The position numbers and the translations under genes are program-made. A stretch of DNA of 20,307 nucleotides from an archaeon. Lineage in GTDB: Archaea; Iainarchaeota; Iainarchaeia; Iainarchaeales; JAAZKV01. The stretch spans positions 1 to 20,307 of the forward strand of contig JAVHOV010000010.1 of assembly GCA_036170245.1 (NCBI GenBank), written 5' to 3'. The notes under the pieces were generated by a model, which was not told the origin of the DNA, ran no database searches, and saw only the letters and a list, made by a program, of their open reading frames with translations. Positions 16,572-20,307 of the stretch are shown here, one piece after another (position 1 is the stretch's first letter; the number at the start of each line of letters is the position of its first letter).

Positions 16572-17606
16572 TCAATTATCTATTAAATGTTTCATATTTA
16601 CATCATTATAATAATATGAAATTGCAATATTTCCAGTTATTCCTGTTATTTCTCCACTAGCGGGGTTTATCCCAACAATATTATTTTCAATACTGGTTCC
16701 ATATTGGAGGTCATAAGTATATACTCCCCATTCCCATCCTCCATTAATACTATCAGGCATGCCTGATGTAATTTCTAATTCTTTTATTACTGCACATGGT
16801 CCAGACCAACACGTATTGCTGCACATAAAATAATAATTTTCTGCTGTTGAAACATGATATTTTTCTCCTGTTCTTTGTGGTTCATTTTCTGATTTTTCTA
16901 TTGTAATAAAATCGCTTTTCGTTAAGGGTTGCCAACTTCCAGAATAGCATGCATCTAAACCAATGTCTATACAATCTCCCGCCCACCCAAAATCTTTGCA
17001 GCTGAAAGAGGAATTTGTAATAAATGTGCCTCGTTTTGAATTTGGTTTTGCAACGATTGATAATTCAGCTCCATCTTTATACATTGTAATGTCTCCTGAG
17101 GAATATGCATTTACCAATTCTTGTTGGGTTGAAATAGAGTTTCCATTTTTGGTTACAATTGGATAATGTAGAGTATTTGAATTTTGTATTCTTTCATTGT
17201 CTGCAAAGTGTATTTGTGCTTGTACTAAATCTTTTTTACTAATTGTTCCTGCCCCTGTTGTTGTTTTTATGGTTATTACAGTTCCTGGTGGAATTATGGT
17301 GTTATCTGCACATTCATTCCCATTACAAATTTGAACTCCTGAAGAAGTACTTTTCAAATTAGCTATGTTGGTGTCTGCTCCAGAGTACTTATAATATTGA
17401 ATTATGTTTGGTATTAAATAAAATTTATTTAGTGCTTCCGCTTGTTGTTGTTCTAGTGCATTATTGACTCCGCCATTAGGCAATTTTGAATCATCTTTTG
17501 CACTAGTAAATACCCCACTTATCATTAATATTACTATGGCAACAACCATTATTGCCGCGCCAATAACTAATAAGTATTCTATTGCTCCTTGTCCTCTTTT
17601 TTGCAT
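16572..17606 (-). CDS. Class III signal peptide protein (large pilin/adhesin-like), paralog of 15692-16546
   Basis: MQKRG/QGAIEYLLVIGAAIMVVAIV. The first ~125 aa align with the neighbouring gene, followed by a Cys/Trp-rich C-terminal domain. Confidence 0.85.
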   Translation of the reverse strand: MQKRGQGAIEYLLVIGAAIMVVAIVILMISGVFTSAKDDSKLPNGGVNNALEQQQAEALNKFYLIPNIIQYYKYSGADTNIANLKSTSSGVQICNGNECADNTIIPPGTVITIKTTTGAGTISKKDLVQAQIHFADNERIQNSNTLHYPIVTKNGNSISTQQELVNAYSSGDITMYKDGAELSIVAKPNSKRGTFITNSSFSCKDFGWAGDCIDIGLDACYSGSWQPLTKSDFITIEKSENEPQRTGEKYHVSTAENYYFMCSNTCWSGPCAVIKELEITSGMPDSINGGWEWGVYTYDLQYGTSIENNIVGINPASGEITGITGNIAISYYYNDVNMKHLIDN

Positions 17607-17632
17607 AAGGTAATTAAGTTTTTTGGGATTTA

Positions 17633-17941
17633 TTAGTCTTTCTTTTTGCTTTCTAAAGAATATTTTTTTTCATATTTGCAATTGTTGCACTTTACAATCA
17701 AAAAAGGTTCTTTTTTACTAGTTGTAATATCCATTGAAAAGCACTTTCTACAATATTTTTGTTTTAGTTCTTTTGGCACACTTATTCTGCATTTTTCACT
17801 TATTTTTTTTGCAAGTGTAAGGTATCGTTTGACGTATTTGTCATTTTTTGCATTATTCATTTTCTCTGCAAGTTCAAACAGTCTATAGATTCTTTCCAGA
17901 GCAATTTTCTGATTTCCTCTGATTTTCTTTTCTTTTTCCAT
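17633..17941 (-). CDS. rnp4: Ribonuclease P protein component 4 (Rpp21)
   Basis: IALERIYRLFELA...RYLTLAKKIS...PKELKQKYCRKC...VKCNNC zinc-ribbon pattern. Confidence 0.93.
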   Translation of the reverse strand: MEKEKKIRGNQKIALERIYRLFELAEKMNNAKNDKYVKRYLTLAKKISEKCRISVPKELKQKYCRKCFSMDITTSKKEPFLIVKCNNCKYEKKYSLESKKKD

Positions 17942-17980
17942 AATAAAGAATTAGTGATTGGCTTCTTTATTTAACTCTTA

Positions 17981-18016
17981 TGGAGTGTTGATTTTATTTT
18001 AATAATCAACACGCCA
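17981..18016 (-). terminator. Stem-loop downstream of the micropeptide gene
   Basis: TGG-A-GTGTTGATT (17981-17993) pairs with AATCAACAC-G-CCA (18004-18016), starting 17 nt after the stop at 18034. There is no strong U-tract. Confidence 0.4.
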
Positions 18017-18033
18017 AACAAAACAGAGTGTGC

Positions 18034-18114
18034 TTACTTTTTCTTAGTAGCTTTTTTCTTAGCTGTTTTTTTCTTAACAACTTTCTTAGTTGAACAACAA
18101 CAATCGCATGCCAT
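18034..18114 (-). CDS. 26-aa Cys-cluster/Lys-rich micropeptide, not in ORF track
   Basis: Hand translation gives MACDCCCSTKKVVKKKTAKKKATKKK*. SD-like AAGGGGG 8 nt upstream, TATA-like TTTTTATTTAAG at ~18158-18147 and a downstream hairpin. Confidence 0.7.
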   Translation of the reverse strand: MACDCCCSTKKVVKKKTAKKKATKKK

Positions 18115-18210
18115 GGTTAATTCCCCCTTATCATTAAATTAATTTTCTTAAATAAAAACATTTCTCTTCGAGCAGAAAGGATTTTATCCAGTTTGTTCAT
18201 GTTTTATTGT

Positions 18211-18918
18211 ATGGCGTCTAAATTTTCTTTATTGAGAAAAATAGTTTCTCCAAAAATAAGAAGGGGGAAATTTGTTGGGTGGTATTCCCCTTCAATTGGG
18301 GTTGAAGTTCATTCAAAAAGCGGTATTATTTTTTCTCCTTTTGCAAGAAGATTAATCCGAGCAAACCCTAATCTTAGAAGAAATACTTTTAGTGCGTTTG
18401 AGAAAATAAGAGTGAGTGGGGGGGAAGTTTCAAAAAGCGGGAATGTGTTTTTGCATAATCTTCGTGAAGCAAGGGGTAATGTAGGGACTGGATTCTTTAA
18501 ATTAGTCTTGGGTAAAAGAAATTTTTTCTTAAAAGTTATTGAAAATTCAAAAGTTAAGGAGAAGTTTAATCCTTTGAGTGATCTTGCTATTTCCCAGCAT
18601 AATGCGCTTATTGAAGCAAAAAAGGTGATTACAAAAAATAAGTTATCTGATCTTTTCATGGTTGCTGAACCTCATTTTGCTTTTGTTTCAGACAAATATT
18701 CTTTTCAAGTAACTGATTTTTATGATTGTAAAACAGTTGTAGAAATTCAAAAAGGTTCTGATATGGTTCTTTTTGAAGAAGTAAGAAAAAAGGGAATTGC
18801 TTTTGACAAGGGGTTAATTGTGTTAAAGCAAAATGGGTTTTCAGATTTAGGCCCACATAATGCATTTTATTCGCCAAAATTAGGAAAATTTATTCTTTTT
18901 GATTTGCGTTATAATTAG
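18211..18918 (+). CDS. Protein-kinase-like fold hypothetical protein
   Basis: RGNVGTGFF (loop), FFLKV (beta-3 Lys), FSDLGPHNAFY (D..xN catalytic loop) and ILFDL (DFG-equivalent). TATA-like TTTTATCC at 18182-18189 favours ATG 18211. Confidence 0.68.
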   Translation: MASKFSLLRKIVSPKIRRGKFVGWYSPSIGVEVHSKSGIIFSPFARRLIRANPNLRRNTFSAFEKIRVSGGEVSKSGNVFLHNLREARGNVGTGFFKLVLGKRNFFLKVIENSKVKEKFNPLSDLAISQHNALIEAKKVITKNKLSDLFMVAEPHFAFVSDKYSFQVTDFYDCKTVVEIQKGSDMVLFEEVRKKGIAFDKGLIVLKQNGFSDLGPHNAFYSPKLGKFILFDLRYN

Positions 18919-18944
18919 TAAGAATCAGATTTTATTTTTTTAAG

Positions 18945-19015
18945 TGCGCCCGCGGGGATTTGAACCCCGACAAAAAGCTTGGAAGGCTTTTATGCTACCA
19001 TTACATCACGAACGC
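18945..19015 (-). tRNA. tRNA-Gly (anticodon TCC), intronless, CCA not encoded
   Basis: Minus strand GCGTTCG TG ATGTAATGGTAGCAT A AAAGC CTTCCAA GCTTT TTGT CGGGG TTCAAAT CCCCG CGGGCGC A forms a complete cloverleaf with discriminator A. Confidence 0.95.
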
Positions 19016-19164
19016 ATTTTTTGTTCTTTGAATTAATGCGAAGCCTTTTTCGCGACCTTACAAACTTTTGGTTTGCGGGTCAAAAAAAGCAATTGCTTTT
19101 TCGCGAACCTTTTTTTAAAAGGTTCTGCTTGGCATTACATCACGAACGCATTTTGTTTTGTTCT
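18999..19164. repeat. 22-bp exact direct repeat (tRNA-Gly 5' end plus flank) bracketing a palindrome-rich ~110-bp insert
   Basis: CATTACATCACGAACGCATTTT occurs at 18999-19020 and 19133-19154, both followed by TTGTTCT allowing a 3-nt indel. Four inverted repeats lie between the copies. Confidence 0.85.
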
Positions 19165-19303
19165 GTCAAAGGCTTTGCCTTTAAGGATAAATGAATTCCT
19201 TTTAGTTTCTTTTTTAAATATTGGCTTTTGGTCAAATTTTGGGCATTTTAGTAGTAATTGTTTTTAAGGAGTTTAATTATTACTTTATCAAGGTTTTGGG
19301 AAA

Positions 19304-19969
19304 ATGACAAGGGGTAAACTAATTGTTCTTGAGGGGGGAGATGCTTCAGGTAAAACTACTCAATTGAAGCTTCTTGTAAGTAAACTTGAGGCTGAGGGAA
19401 AAGAAGTAGTAAATATGCACTTTCCTAAGCATGATATTTCTTTTGGAAAAGTAGTTGATGCTTACTTAAGGGGAGAATATGGGGACAAAAAATTAATTCC
19501 TCCTGAATTTGTTGCAATGCTTTATATGAGTGATTTTTATGAATCAAAGAATGAAATGAATAAACTGCTTGATGAGGGAAAAACAATAGTGCTATCAAGA
19601 TTTTTTACTTCTACTCTAACTTATCAGCCGGCTCTTGCTAAAGATGAGGATAAAGAGTCTCTAAGAAACTGGATTTATAATGTTTGTGAAAGACTTCCTC
19701 AACCAGATTTGGTTTTGGTGCTTTATGTTCCAGCTAGTATTGCAAATAATTTTTTAGATAATGCAAATAGAGCCGAGGCTTATAAGCAGGGTGCAAAAAA
19801 GGACCAGCATGAAAATGATTTTGAATTTCAAAAGAACTATATGAAAGAATTTGACAAAGCAATTGATAAATTCGGCTGGAAGAAAATTGATTGTGTTAAA
19901 GATAATACTTTGAAGAGTATTGATAATATTCATTCCCTTGTTTGGAGCGAGGTAAATAAAATTTTATAA
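19304..19969 (+). CDS. tmk: Thymidylate kinase (dTMP kinase)
   Basis: GKLIVLEGGDASGKTTQ P-loop, HFP, VLSRF (DRY-equivalent), YQ, LPQPDLVLVL and DQHEND. Confidence 0.9.
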   Translation: MTRGKLIVLEGGDASGKTTQLKLLVSKLEAEGKEVVNMHFPKHDISFGKVVDAYLRGEYGDKKLIPPEFVAMLYMSDFYESKNEMNKLLDEGKTIVLSRFFTSTLTYQPALAKDEDKESLRNWIYNVCERLPQPDLVLVLYVPASIANNFLDNANRAEAYKQGAKKDQHENDFEFQKNYMKEFDKAIDKFGWKKIDCVKDNTLKSIDNIHSLVWSEVNKIL

Positions 19970-19978
19970 CTGATTTTT

Positions 19979-20260
19979 ATGGCTGGCACTTTTATTGCGT
20001 TTGACGGCGGCCCTGGTTCTGGAAAAGGAACAATGATTAGAAAAACCTTTGAATATGTTTACGGATTAAGTAAAAAGTATGACAATATTTTAGTTACTGA
20101 TGAACCAACTAATGGGCCTTACGGGAAAAAAATAAGAGAATTGTTTAAAGCCCAGAAAAATCCCTCTGATTTGGCTGAAGAACTTCTTTATGCATTTATT
20201 GAGGATAGAAAGTGGCACATTGAAAATATTATTCAACCTGCTTTAGAGAAAAATTTATAA
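19979..20260 (+). pseudogene. tmk: Second thymidylate kinase paralog, C-terminally truncated
   Basis: FIAFDGGPGSGKGT, TDEPT.GPYGKKIR and EDRKWHIENIIQPALEKNL*. It stops at 93 aa, just before the expected IV.xDR(Y/F) motif, and no frame continues it. Confidence 0.75.
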
Positions 20261-20307
20261 CCTCGTGCCAAAAAAACTGACATTTTCAAATGTCAGATGA
20301 ATTGGTT
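20258..20307. mobile_element. Probable terminus of an insertion element interrupting the second tmk
   Basis: Homology to tmk ends abruptly at TTA/TAA. The new sequence (A)ACCTCGTGCCAAAAAAA is followed by a perfect hairpin CTGACATTT-TC-AAATGTCAG (20277-20296), which reads as hairpin plus T7 on the minus strand. Confidence 0.4.

Noticed and set aside
2618..17888. Many antisense ORFs in the track (e.g. 2618-2806, 3905-4177, 8399-8707, 9162-9476, 11678-12106, 12619-12840, 13137-13496, 16041-16586, 17646-17888)
   Set aside because: They lie opposite well-supported genes and have Phe/Ser/Leu-rich shadow composition from Lys/Glu-rich sense codons, with no motifs.
18309..18877. Minus-strand ORFs 18309-18659 and 18656-18877
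   Set aside because: They are antisense to the longer plus-strand ORF that carries kinase-like motifs and a promoter.
18999..19154. Two-repeat unit as a minimal CRISPR array
   Set aside because: The repeat is tRNA-derived, the 112-nt spacer is far too long, and no cas genes are in the window.
18979..19267. ORFs 18979-19194 and 19073-19267
   Set aside because: They overlap the tRNA and the palindromic element, use non-ATG starts and show no protein-like features.
28..20307. AACCAATTCAT (28-38) is the reverse complement of the last 11 nt (20297-20307), suggesting terminal inverted repeats around the whole window
   Set aside because: The match is only 11 bp of AT-rich sequence and does not extend inward. 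The enclosed genes are core housekeeping genes, so it is probably chance. It cannot be extended beyond the edge.

Overview
This is an AT-rich archaeal chromosome segment. Gene content (GGGP synthase, eIF6, L39e/L31e/S19e/LX, Rpp21, class III signal-peptide pilins) points to a DPANN-type archaeon, possibly Iainarchaeota/Diapherotrites-like, but that lineage call is an inference. The backbone is the conserved rnp4 ... rps19e-rpl39e-rpl31e-eif6-rpl18a(LX)-pfdA-ftsY cluster plus srp54. Accessory genes are interleaved: three pilin-like genes and a lipoprotein, an orphan sensor histidine kinase, lemA-htpX, a membrane-tethered wHTH regulator with secreted-protein neighbours, a prepilin peptidase, two atypical kinase-fold ORFs and tandem thymidylate kinases, the second of which is truncated. 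Features missing from the ORF track are the LX ribosomal protein gene, tRNA-Gly(TCC) and a 26-aa Cys-cluster/Lys-rich micropeptide gene with its own RBS. Also unexplained by the track are a palindrome-packed ~110-bp element flanked by a duplication of the tRNA 5' end, a structured 5' leader on the r-protein operon, several intergenic stem-loops and probable IS ends at both window edges.
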